From Myxococcota bacterium (GTDB lineage Bacteria; Myxococcota_C; UBA6777), in contig JAKLKB010000002.1 of assembly GCA_023150835.1 (NCBI GenBank), positions 1 to 64,000 on the forward strand: a stretch of DNA of 64,000 nucleotides, in the 5' to 3' direction. Under the pieces are notes generated by a model. The model was not told the origin of the DNA and did no database searches. It saw only the letters and a program-made list of their open reading frames with translations. Numbering within the stretch: position 1 is the stretch's first letter; the number at the start of each line of letters is the position of its first letter. The position numbers and the translations under genes were made by a program. This document shows positions 50,192-59,382 of this stretch, piece by piece.

Positions 50192-51349
50192 TCACTTTTC
50201 AAATTCAGAGAGCAGCGATTTGGCGATGGTCATGAGCTGCATATTGCTGGTGCCTTCGTAGATGGTGCCGATCTTGGCGTCGCGATAGAACTTTTCGACG
50301 GGGAATTCTTTTGTAAAGCCGACGCCGCCGTGAAATTCAACAGCTTTGGATGCGGATTGTTCGGCCACTTGGCTTGAATAGAGCTTTGCCATGGCGGCTT
50401 CTTTGGCGAAAGGCTTTCCAGCATCTTTGAGGCGAGCGGCGTTGTACACCATCAGACGGGCGGCTTCGATCTCGGTGGCGATCTGGGCGTACTGGAACTG
50501 CATCCCTTGAAAGTGGGCGATCGATTGGCCGAATTGTTTGCGCTCGATCATGTATCTCATCGCCAACTCAAAGGCCCCACGAGCGAGTCCGATCATCTGC
50601 GCGCCGATCCCGATGCGGCCTTCGTTGAGGGTTTCGATGGCGACTTTGTAGCCTTTGCCGATCTCACCCACGACATTTTCTTTGGGGACGATGCAATCTT
50701 CCATGATCAATTCAACAGTTGAGCTTGCGCGGATGCCGAGCTTGTCTTCCTTTTTGCCGACCGAGAATCCCGAAAAGGTACGCTCCACCAAAAATGCCGT
50801 AATGCCCTTGTATCCGGCCTCTGGCTTGACGTTGGCAAACACCAGATACACACCGGCTTCTCCGCCGTTGGTGATCCACATCTTGGTTCCATTGAGCTTC
50901 CAATGATCGCCGCAATCTTTGGCGGTGGTGGCCAGCGCAAACGCATCCGAGCCGCTGCCGGGTTCGCTCAAGGCGTAGCTTCCGACCCATTGGGACGTCA
51001 TCTTCGGCAGGTACTTGGCTTTGAGTTCCTTGTTGGCCCAACGCAGGATCGCATTGTTCACCAGCGTGTTTTGGACATCCACAAACACCGCATAACTCGG
51101 GTCCACCGCAGCAAGCTCTTCGATCGCAAGGATCGCCGTAAAGAACGAGCTTTCTGCGCCTCCATATTCTTCGGGGATCTCGATCCCCATAAAGCCTTGC
51201 TCAAAAGCTTTTTTGATCAGCACAGGATCCATCTTGGACTCGCGATCCATGCGCAAGACGTGCGGCGCAAGCTCGTTGCGAGCAAAACTTCTTACCGCCT
51301 CTTGGAACATCAACTCTTCTTCAGAAAGCAACGTCAGGGCTTGATTCAT
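50192..51349 (-). CDS. Acyl-CoA dehydrogenase (short/branched-chain type)
   Basis: ALSEPGSGSDAF, KMWITN, KEDKLGIRASST, LNEGRIGIG and YRDAKIGTIYEGTSNMQ motifs. Confidence 0.93.
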   Translation of the reverse strand: MNQALTLLSEEELMFQEAVRSFARNELAPHVLRMDRESKMDPVLIKKAFEQGFMGIEIPEEYGGAESSFFTAILAIEELAAVDPSYAVFVDVQNTLVNNAILRWANKELKAKYLPKMTSQWVGSYALSEPGSGSDAFALATTAKDCGDHWKLNGTKMWITNGGEAGVYLVFANVKPEAGYKGITAFLVERTFSGFSVGKKEDKLGIRASSTVELIMEDCIVPKENVVGEIGKGYKVAIETLNEGRIGIGAQMIGLARGAFELAMRYMIERKQFGQSIAHFQGMQFQYAQIATEIEAARLMVYNAARLKDAGKPFAKEAAMAKLYSSQVAEQSASKAVEFHGGVGFTKEFPVEKFYRDAKIGTIYEGTSNMQLMTIAKSLLSEFEK

Positions 51350-51384
51350 CGGACAACCTTTCGTGTGAGAGGGAACAAGACGGA

Positions 51385-51580
51385 TACGATCTCTGGGAGA
51401 TCTGTGATCGTAGGAGAGTGCGTAGACGCCTTGTGCTTGGGCAGCCACAGGGGCTGCCCCATTTTTACGATCACCCGCCATCGACCACAGACCCCTTGAC
51501 CCCGTATTGGCGGGATGAGCCTTCGTTTTTCAAACCCACAGCACAACCGCTTGAACGGCTGCGAACGCGGTTTTTTTGAT
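51385..51580. repeat. Family A element (truncated) fused to a partial family D repeat
   Basis: TACGATCTCTG..GTGATCG..GGGCAGCCACAGGGGCTGCCCC..CGATCAC, then CCCCTTGACCCCGTATTGGCG..CGCTTG..CGAACGCGGTTTTTT. Confidence 0.7.
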
Positions 51581-51623
51581 TGCCGCACAGAGTCGATGCT
51601 ATCGGATCGACGGAGTTTTGCGA

Positions 51624-52244
51624 CTAACCTTGGGAAGAGGCGGCCTGTTCTTGGGCGGCACGTTTTTTCCGACGCGATGCACCGCCGCATCCACCGCCGC
51701 CACCGCCACATCCGCAGCCACCCCCGCCGCCACCGCAGCCACCCTGCGCATGACTGTGTTCGTGGTCATGATCATGCGAATGGCCGTGGTGAGGGCCGTG
51801 ATCGTGCGAGTGACCATGATCGTGGTGATGGCCGTAATCGTGTGCGTGGCTGTGGTGATGGCTGTGATCGTGCGAATGGCTGTGATCGTGCGAGTGACCA
51901 TGATCGTGTGAGTGGCCGTGATCGGCAAGCGGAAGATCTTTGTAATAGGCTTCGGCTTTTTGGTAGAGATTCCAGAGCGCATCAAAGGTGTACATACCGA
52001 GGCTGTGCCCATCGGACCAATACATCTTGATGGCGTAACGTCCGATCGGCTCCCAACGCAGGAGACGAATAAAGTCGATCTGATCGGTTGTGGGCCGTAC
52101 GTTGGGGCCGTGTCCACCGCGACAGAGAGCGCAGGGACATTGACGCCGCAGATGCAAAAGCTCGTAAGTGCAGCATTCTTTGTTGTTCCATTGGATCGTC
52201 AGATAGCGATCATTGAAGGAGATGGTTTCGGGAGAGGGTAACAT
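51624..52244 (-). CDS. DUF971 (GBBH-N-like) protein with His-rich and Gly/Cys-rich tail
   Basis: LRRQCPCALC, IGRYAI and WSDGHSLGMY motifs, followed by (DHGHSH)n and GGCGG..CGC..GCGG. Confidence 0.85.
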   Translation of the reverse strand: MLPSPETISFNDRYLTIQWNNKECCTYELLHLRRQCPCALCRGGHGPNVRPTTDQIDFIRLLRWEPIGRYAIKMYWSDGHSLGMYTFDALWNLYQKAEAYYKDLPLADHGHSHDHGHSHDHSHSHDHSHHHSHAHDYGHHHDHGHSHDHGPHHGHSHDHDHEHSHAQGGCGGGGGGCGCGGGGGGCGGASRRKKRAAQEQAASSQG

Positions 52245-52397
52245 CGAAGCCTCGTGGGTGTTTTGGGTAGACGGTGGGGGAGATGCCGCCCTGTTTGCGA
52301 AGCCACCGTCGTGAGGATCAGCCTTTGGATTCGTGGAAAAAGTGAGGGGTGCGCGAGTATTCTTTGGGGAGCGAAGCCGTTTCGCGGTGGTTTGTGG

Positions 52398-52524
52398 ACA
52401 AAACCCCCCGTGTTCGGGCTATTTCAAGCGACTGGGCTGTTTGTTTGAAGCACATCCGATCCATCCGTCAATGCGGGGTGAAGGGAGCCGCGCTCCCTTT
52501 CGGGGTGTGGTACAGAACCCCACA
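52398..52524 (+). repeat. Family D structured repeat (degenerate)
   Basis: AAAACCCCCCGTGTTCG..CAAGCGA..GGGGTGAAGGGAGCCGCGCTCCCTT..GGGGTGTGG..CCCCAC. Confidence 0.7.
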
Positions 52525-52552
52525 AAACAAGCCCAACAACAGGAGTCCGATC

Positions 52553-53905
52553 TTAGAGAAACTCTTTCATATAATCGTAGTCGGGAGTGAAATGGCCCTT
52601 CCAGAGGATGGTTGCGCGATGGAGGGGACCGGGCAGACGAGCCTCAAGGAAGTCGGCTTGTAAGTCAGACTGCAACAGGCCGGGCAAAAAAGGATGAAGA
52701 TCGGCGGCAAACTGGACCGAAGCATCGGCGGAAAACTCACAAGGGAGGTTGGTGACGGCCATGACCACGACGCCCGGGGTTTGGTATCCGAGATGGATCG
52801 CTTGGGTTGCGGGGTTGTAGGTAAAGAGCGGTTGGTCGATCCATGTTTCTTGGGAAAACTCGACGGCACCGTTGGGATCGCAAGAGATATCGCCGATCAC
52901 CTTGAGGGTATCGTATGTTTGAGCGGTTTGCTGCATGAGGTCATAGGTGACAAGGCGAGGATACCGAGGCGACCAGATGACGCAGTTCATCAAGAGCGTG
53001 ATGTAGGGCAAGACGCCGTCGAGGTTGGATTCGTACATCTCGGGTTGAACGAGATAGTGTTTGAATTTCTCTTGTTCGGTCCATTGGTTCCAGACTTGGG
53101 GAGAGAGTTCGGCGTTGGCCTTGAGGCGATACATCTCATGGACTTCGAGGACAAGTTTGTAGACTTTTTTGCGCGATCCGTGTGCGAAGACATGAGGTAG
53201 ATCAGCGAGGGTGATGTGTTCGTGAGGCAAGAGATCGTACATGACTTGAGAGCCTTGGCTGGTTTTTCCGCGCCCAAGGATGCAAGTAATCAGCGGAGGC
53301 AACGTTGCGGGAGTTCCGTGTTTGCGGATCACGTCGCTGATTTCGTTGCGAAGGAGAGATTTAAGAGCATCGAGGCCGCCGCCGTGGATGGTTTGGGGGA
53401 TGCGCGAGAAAGGATTGGCATGGCCAAGCCATTCGAGGCGCATCCCGAGCGCCCACAAGGTATCGATCATTCCGGCATATCCGGCAAAATAGGTAAATGC
53501 CGTCAAGAACCGTACACCCGATTCGTTGGTGATCAGCTCGTAGTCGATCAAGCTGCATCGGCGTTCAACGAATGTTTTGAGCATCTTGCGATTTTTTTTC
53601 TGACCTTTGTGGGTATGCGAAAAAAGCAGGTACAATTTTTCGGGAAGGATGGTATCGATATCGACTTCTTTGAGTCCAAAGACGATATCTGCGGAGTGCA
53701 GGTCTTCTTGGAGGGACGCTCCCGCATGGGCGTAATCTTGATCGGGAAAGATACGTTTGTTTTCGTGTGTTTGCGGCGAATGTGCGGGCTGAACCAGTAA
53801 AGAATGCCCAAGTTCTGTGATCTCTTGTGCGATTGCGGGCGTCACCGCAGCACGCTGTTCACCTTTTTTGTCGAGATCTTCTCGACGGAGGGCGATCGTC
53901 TTCAT
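52553..53905 (-). CDS. Stand-alone lysine-ketoglutarate reductase / saccharopine dehydrogenase (AlaDh/PNT-like fold)
   Basis: IALRRED, GLKEV, FSHTHKGQKKN, LIDYELI, FAGYAGMIDTL, IGDISCD..G.VEF and MAVTNLPCE motifs, matching the LKR domain. Confidence 0.85.
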   Translation of the reverse strand: MKTIALRREDLDKKGEQRAAVTPAIAQEITELGHSLLVQPAHSPQTHENKRIFPDQDYAHAGASLQEDLHSADIVFGLKEVDIDTILPEKLYLLFSHTHKGQKKNRKMLKTFVERRCSLIDYELITNESGVRFLTAFTYFAGYAGMIDTLWALGMRLEWLGHANPFSRIPQTIHGGGLDALKSLLRNEISDVIRKHGTPATLPPLITCILGRGKTSQGSQVMYDLLPHEHITLADLPHVFAHGSRKKVYKLVLEVHEMYRLKANAELSPQVWNQWTEQEKFKHYLVQPEMYESNLDGVLPYITLLMNCVIWSPRYPRLVTYDLMQQTAQTYDTLKVIGDISCDPNGAVEFSQETWIDQPLFTYNPATQAIHLGYQTPGVVVMAVTNLPCEFSADASVQFAADLHPFLPGLLQSDLQADFLEARLPGPLHRATILWKGHFTPDYDYMKEFL

Positions 53906-54084
53906 GATCAAAAAAACCTTCCGTTTTCAGGCCCAAACCGCCACACTCGGCGCAGGGTAGGAGAATCCAAACGCTGTGGGCGATGGATCGGCGAATGAAA
54001 GGCTGCAACATACACAAAGTTTCCTTGGATGTCGACGCTGCGATGCAAAAGACATCCTTGATGCAACACAAAAGGGATGGGTTG

Positions 54085-54645
54085 ATGACCGAGAAGAAAG
54101 AGGACAAGACAAGCGATCTTCCTTCGTTTGATCCGCAAGGGACAGAGAGCCTCAAGGAGATCCCTGCACGCTTTTTGTTGGGAGGCTTGTTGAGGTTGAG
54201 TGCAGAAGGTCGGTGGTCTTTTCAAGGCGAATGGATCGAGCATACGGGGGTATGTCAATTTTTGCAACGCCAGATGCGCCGAACTGCCGAGGGAACCTAC
54301 TGGGTAATCAATGGTCCGCAGCGGGTGACGGTCGAGATCGAAGATGCCCCGTACCTGATCCGCGAAGTGTACGAGCAAGACGACGTTTTATGGGGGCGAC
54401 TTAGTGACGGAAGCCGAGAGATCTTGAGGTTGGAGTGTTTGTATGCCTCGGAAGATGCGGTGTTGTACGCAGAAGTCAAAGTCGGCGAGGCCGGCGCAAG
54501 CGAAGGAGAAGGGCATCGCGCACGATTTTCTCGCGAAGCCATCGGGCAGATCAGCGCGTGGCTGGAGGAGGACTCAGGGGGCCGCCTTGGGGTGGGGTAT
54601 CGAGAGCGGTTTTACCCGCTGTTGAGGGAGAAAAGATCGGGTTAG
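54085..54645 (+). CDS. Hypothetical protein (DUF1285-like)
   Basis: GRWSFQGEWIEH, VEIEDAPY and ARFSREA pattern. Confidence 0.6.
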   Translation: MTEKKEDKTSDLPSFDPQGTESLKEIPARFLLGGLLRLSAEGRWSFQGEWIEHTGVCQFLQRQMRRTAEGTYWVINGPQRVTVEIEDAPYLIREVYEQDDVLWGRLSDGSREILRLECLYASEDAVLYAEVKVGEAGASEGEGHRARFSREAIGQISAWLEEDSGGRLGVGYRERFYPLLREKRSG

Positions 54646-56129
54646 CGGGCCCAATGGCCGTATTGGAGTTCGATGCGAAAGCGGTCAAAGCGAGGCGCTT
54701 GTGGGTCGCTGAGAGAGAACGAACGGTTTTGGCCGGGGCGCAGATCGGGGAGGGAAAAATCCTTATGACGGATCTCTTCTTTGCCTTTCATGTAGATGAT
54801 CCGAAAAGAAAGGCCCTTCATGGTTTTGGGGGCATGGTTGGCCGCGTAGCCCGTGACACGAAAGGTGCGTTTGAAGACGAGATCAAGGGTGCTGCCGCTG
54901 AGGCGAGTGAACTTTAAGAAAGGACGCATATCTGCCGAGAGGTTGGGGGGATCGGCGGGTTGGGGTTCAAGCAGCATGGTTCCGCGTTGGTGATCCATCG
55001 TAAAGAGGAAACGTTGCAAGATATTGAGTCCGAGAAGTCCGACGACATCGCGTTGATCGTCAGCACAAGCATCACACAAGACAAACGCCACATCTTTGAT
55101 CCGAAAGGGTCCAAGTTTGATCTCGCGCAACAAGCCAACGCGAGTGCGTATTTTTCCATTGGCAGTTTGAAGGACCATCACAGGGGCATCACGCGGGGGG
55201 AGCGCGCCGATCCGTTCGGCAGTCGTGCGTGAGAGGGTGAGATAAGAGGCTCCCGTATCGAGCAAAAAGCGCAAAGACTCGTCACCCAAGCGCAAAGGGA
55301 CCACCGCAGAAGTGCCATAACGGATGTACTTGATCGCGGCACGCGGCTGCTGCGAGGCGGTACGTTGGGGGGATGGGATGTCTGCTTGAGGGGAGGGCGT
55401 TGCGGTGTCTGAAGAAGGCGAAGGATCGGCGGCATCAGGGCGAGGAGGGACGGCGGGGGCGGTGGGTTGGGAGGGATGGGCATCACGCAAGGGGAAACGC
55501 TCGATGGGAGGGGCGAGATCACGGATCGGAGGCGGAGTGAGGTTGGGCGTGCTGGAGGGTGTTGTGGGCGAGGCTTGTGTGGGCGAGGCTTGTTTGTTGG
55601 CGAGGGGGGACGAAGGTGTGGTGGGCGGAGGTTCTTCGCGGAAGATCGGGAGAGGACGGCCTTCTTCTTCGAGGAGGTAGGCCATCTGCCGAACGATCTT
55701 GCGACCTGTGCGCAAGACGGGATGGTGTTCGTTGATTTGAAAAAGCTGTGCGACTTGGCGGCTAAAGGGCCAATGGCCATGACGCAACAGCGCAGTTGCG
55801 GTGTCATGAGGCAAGACAAGGATCAAGGCCAAAAGCAGCACGGCGTTGTTGGTGAGGGTCGTGGAAAGGAAGGTTTCGCGAAAATTGGCGCGGCGATTCC
55901 ACAAGCGTCGCAGCCCGAGAACAAGCGCGTTGAGCAGCAAAGAAGGCAACAAGACCACCGCCGCCCCCACAAGCAACAGCAGAAAGATCGCATCCGAGCG
56001 AGTCCATGAAACCCACAACGCCCCCGCACACAAGACGATCAATCCCGAAGTCGCAACACACGCCAAAAAGATCAGGAAGATCGCGATCACACCTCCCAAT
56101 CCCAGTTCACGCTCGTGTTCGTTTTTCAT
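54642..56129 (-). CDS. Membrane-anchored retropepsin-like aspartic protease
   Basis: Three N-terminal TM segments, Pro-rich linker, FLLDTGAS, QTANG and GLLGLNIL motifs. Confidence 0.85.
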   Translation of the reverse strand: MKNEHERELGLGGVIAIFLIFLACVATSGLIVLCAGALWVSWTRSDAIFLLLLVGAAVVLLPSLLLNALVLGLRRLWNRRANFRETFLSTTLTNNAVLLLALILVLPHDTATALLRHGHWPFSRQVAQLFQINEHHPVLRTGRKIVRQMAYLLEEEGRPLPIFREEPPPTTPSSPLANKQASPTQASPTTPSSTPNLTPPPIRDLAPPIERFPLRDAHPSQPTAPAVPPRPDAADPSPSSDTATPSPQADIPSPQRTASQQPRAAIKYIRYGTSAVVPLRLGDESLRFLLDTGASYLTLSRTTAERIGALPPRDAPVMVLQTANGKIRTRVGLLREIKLGPFRIKDVAFVLCDACADDQRDVVGLLGLNILQRFLFTMDHQRGTMLLEPQPADPPNLSADMRPFLKFTRLSGSTLDLVFKRTFRVTGYAANHAPKTMKGLSFRIIYMKGKEEIRHKDFSLPDLRPGQNRSFSLSDPQAPRFDRFRIELQYGHWAR

Positions 56130-56449
56130 CGAAAATCCTCGATTTTTTGGCCTTTTCGTGAGTTGATGCCTTTTTGCGAAATGGACATCCGAACAAGGCC
56201 CCTTCCAAGGGTGCGCAAGCCAACGACGAGAGACGGCGTATCTGTCTTGAGACGCGCTCCGCCTCGCGTAGTGTAGGCAATGGCGGTGTGGATGGCAAGT
56301 TTCGCCTCTTGCATCTTGCAAGGCAGGGCGTCGGAAGATTCGGGGAGATCGCGTTTGATCTGTGCATGACGAGTTTCGCCTCTTGCTTCTCACAAAAGAG
56401 CGGGTTACTCTCGCGAGTTCCATTGAAGTGAAAACAAAGGCAAAGGACG

Positions 56450-57526
56450 ATGGCCAAAAAGAGCGAGAGTGGTGAGTTAACCGCAAAGCAATTGCTTACG
56501 CAGATCAAAAAAGGCGATCCCTGCGGGCCGCTGTGTTATTTGTACGGCGACGACCCCTACCTGTTGCAAGAAGTGGTGGAGGCCCTACGCGAACAGATCC
56601 AGCCCGCGTTCAAAGACTTCAATCTGCATCAATTTAGCGGCGCTGAGAGCGAAGGGCGGCAGATCGTCGCCGCCGCCAACCAGCTTCCTGTGATGGATCG
56701 GCAGACGTTGGTGTTGGTTCGAGAGCCCGATCAGATCAGCAAAGAAAGTTGGGATGAGATGAAGGAGTACCTCAAGTCTCCCTCACCAACCACTTGTCTG
56801 GTCTTTGTCGATCCCAACCGCAAGCCGTCTGTTCCCGGCAATACGTCTGCGGGTAAAGCCCTCAAACCTTACCAATTCGGTGCCTTACGGCCTTTTGAAA
56901 ACAAGATGCCTGCTTGGGTGTTGGAACGTGCGCGCCGCCACAAGCTCAAGATGTCGATGCCTGTGGCAGAACATTTGATCGAGCTGTTGGGATCGGAGAT
57001 GGCGGCGTTAGAACACGCCATGGCGCGGATCGCATTGTATTTGGGCGGCCAAGGCGAGGTCAGCCACGAGATCCTCGACGAAGTGATCGTGGCGCAGCGA
57101 GCGTACAATATCTTCGATCTATCGGGGGCCGTCGCCCAAGGCGATCTTCCTCAAGCCTTGCGGCTAACACGAAACCTTGTGGAACAAGGCGAACATCCGC
57201 TCAAACAGCTTGCCTTGATGACCAACGCCTTCCGCGATCTGTTGCGGGCTCGTGTCGAACTAGACGATGGGATGGCCCCTGTGGGGCTAGACAAGTACAT
57301 CCATCCTAGTTTACGATACAAACGCGAAGAACATCTCCAGCGATTTCGTCAACAAGTCGAGCGTTTTACACGCAAATCTCTGATCCGAGCCTTGGGCTTG
57401 ATCCATCAAACGGATCGCTCGCTGAAATCCTCCTCAGGCTTGCCCGAATTGTTGTTGATGGAGCATCTGATCTTGAACTTGTGCCAAGGCCAACGAGAAA
57501 ACAAATCCTTGTCCCAGCCGCGCTAA
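56450..57526 (+). CDS. holA: DNA polymerase III subunit delta
   Basis: YLYGDDPYL, DFNLHQF, ANQLPVM, NIFDL and DRSLKSS pattern typical of HolA. Confidence 0.85.
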   Translation: MAKKSESGELTAKQLLTQIKKGDPCGPLCYLYGDDPYLLQEVVEALREQIQPAFKDFNLHQFSGAESEGRQIVAAANQLPVMDRQTLVLVREPDQISKESWDEMKEYLKSPSPTTCLVFVDPNRKPSVPGNTSAGKALKPYQFGALRPFENKMPAWVLERARRHKLKMSMPVAEHLIELLGSEMAALEHAMARIALYLGGQGEVSHEILDEVIVAQRAYNIFDLSGAVAQGDLPQALRLTRNLVEQGEHPLKQLALMTNAFRDLLRARVELDDGMAPVGLDKYIHPSLRYKREEHLQRFRQQVERFTRKSLIRALGLIHQTDRSLKSSSGLPELLLMEHLILNLCQGQRENKSLSQPR

Positions 57527-57666
57527 GCAGCAAGACACGCAACATTCCAGTCGCGCCTAGTAACAAGGCGCGCAACATCCCAAACGCGCTAAGCAAGGCG
57601 CGCAACATCCCAAACGCGCTAAGCAAGGCGCGCAACATCCCAAACGCGCTAAGCAAGGCGCGCAAC
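57520..57666. repeat. 30-bp intergenic tandem repeat (3 perfect units plus degenerate units)
   Basis: CGCAACATCCCAAACGCGCTAAGCAAGGCG at 57571, 57601 and 57631. Confidence 0.92.
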
Positions 57667-57694
57667 TTCTCACTTTCCTAGAAAGGAAACCACC

Positions 57695-58474
57695 ATGTCT
57701 CTTGGTCAACCGCTTCCACCCGAACCCGTTTTTGTCCCTGAACCCGTCACCGTCGGCTCGATCATCGGAAATACCTTTCGTGTTCTGGGTCAAAACATCG
57801 TTGCATTTTCGGTGATCTCCGCGCTCGTATTGTTGCCGGGCATCGCATTTGTGGCCTTTCGCATGGTGAGCCTCTTCTCGTTGTCCGACTCTACGGAGAA
57901 GATGGCGCATATCATGGTGACGTTGGGGATCTTTTCGATGCTCCAGCTATTTCTCCAAATCCCCGCGCAAAGTGCCATGATGTACGGTGTGGCCAACCAG
58001 ATGAGCGGACGTGCGACGAATCTAGGTGAGAGCCTACGTCGAGGAGTGTCTTCGATCTTGCCGGTGATTGGGACGGCTATCGTCGTCGGTCTTGCGATCA
58101 TGGGTGGGTTCGTCTTGTGTGTTATTCCCGGGATTATCGCGATGGTCATGCTGTATGTTGCGATCCCCGTTGCGGTGGTGGAAAACCGAGGAATCGGAGA
58201 CAATTTGCGCCGCAGCAGCCAACTGACCGAAGGGTATCGCCTGAGCATTTTTTTGGCGGCGATCGTGATCGGCTTCGCGGTGGGCGTCGTGCAAACCATC
58301 GTGCAACAAGGGGTAATAGCGACCGGCAATGAGTACGCGATCATGATCGTGACCGTACTGGCGAGCGTGCTCACGATGCCGATCCAAGCGACGACGAGTG
58401 CGGTGACGTATATGCTCTTGCGTCAAAACAAAGACCAGATTAACGTGAGCGAGATCGCAGACGTCTTCCGTTGA
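57695..58474 (+). CDS. Multi-pass membrane protein
   Basis: AAGGA RBS; six hydrophobic segments; IPVAVVEN..NLRRSSQLTEGYR motif. Confidence 0.75.
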   Translation: MSLGQPLPPEPVFVPEPVTVGSIIGNTFRVLGQNIVAFSVISALVLLPGIAFVAFRMVSLFSLSDSTEKMAHIMVTLGIFSMLQLFLQIPAQSAMMYGVANQMSGRATNLGESLRRGVSSILPVIGTAIVVGLAIMGGFVLCVIPGIIAMVMLYVAIPVAVVENRGIGDNLRRSSQLTEGYRLSIFLAAIVIGFAVGVVQTIVQQGVIATGNEYAIMIVTVLASVLTMPIQATTSAVTYMLLRQNKDQINVSEIADVFR

Positions 58475-58638
58475 GATTGTCGTGCAAGTCACCTATCGTT
58501 CGGGTGGTTTCGCTGCATTGCTATTGAAAACATCTTGAGAAAATCAGGCCAAAGCAACGGCCTATCACAAGAGAGAATCCACGAGAGATCACGGGTTCTT
58601 TCTTGTGATAAGCCTCTATCGCACGGAGGAGAGAGGGC

Positions 58639-59382
58639 GTGTGGAGATATCTTGGGCGCGTTGTGTTGTGGGGGATGGTGTGCGTTGCCTTGCCCAAAGA
58701 AGCCAGCGCATCGCCAAGACCGGGTTCACGTGAATGGGTGCGTCAACAGGCCAAGCGCGTCCACAAAAGCGGCGGCTACCCGCGAGAACTCCCCCAGCAT
58801 CGGCTCCCAGAACCCAAAGAAGACTGGTTTACGCGCTTATTGCGGCGGATCTTTGATCAGCGCGAGTCTGCCGACCCGATCGCACGCGGTGTGCGTTCGA
58901 CCTTTTCGATCGTTGGCGATGTGATGATCTGGGTGCTTTATGCGCTGATCGCGGTGACGCTGTTGTTGGGTCTTTCCGTGTTTGTGCGTTTCTTGCGGGA
59001 AAGCATCGCGGATGCTCGCGATCGAACGGAGCCGCCGACGGGAACGGTCGAGTTTTTTGGGATAGAGCTTCCTCTTGACAAGAGTCCAGAAGCGTGGATC
59101 GCCGAAGGGCGGATGGATCTGGCGCTTTGTACGCTCTTGCTTCATGCGATGCGCCAAGTCGGTTGGACAGACGATCGGCGCGGCAAAAGCCAAACAGCCC
59201 GAGAAGTGATCGCTCGCGTTGAAGGGAATGATCCACGAAAACCCCCGCTGCTTGTGCTTTTGCGCATGGTGGAAAAAGTGCGGTTTGGCGGGTTTGAGGC
59301 CACACAAGAAATGTTCCACGAAGGGCAACAAGCCTTGCATCAGATCACCTCAAGCAAACCACAAGAAAGACGGCAAGGATGA
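58639..59382 (+). CDS. DUF4129-like membrane protein
   Basis: TM segment; SQTARE..., VEKVRFGG; typical position in MoxR operons. Confidence 0.7.
   Translation: MWRYLGRVVLWGMVCVALPKEASASPRPGSREWVRQQAKRVHKSGGYPRELPQHRLPEPKEDWFTRLLRRIFDQRESADPIARGVRSTFSIVGDVMIWVLYALIAVTLLLGLSVFVRFLRESIADARDRTEPPTGTVEFFGIELPLDKSPEAWIAEGRMDLALCTLLLHAMRQVGWTDDRRGKSQTAREVIARVEGNDPRKPPLLVLLRMVEKVRFGGFEATQEMFHEGQQALHQITSSKPQERRQG

Noticed and set aside
56130-56486. N-terminal extension of the aspartic protease given by the ORF track (start 56486)
   Set aside because: Overlaps the holA start and looks non-coding; ATG 56129 directly precedes the TM segments.
57520-57666. Possible CRISPR array
   Set aside because: Contiguous identical 30-bp units with no unique spacers, and no cas genes in the window.
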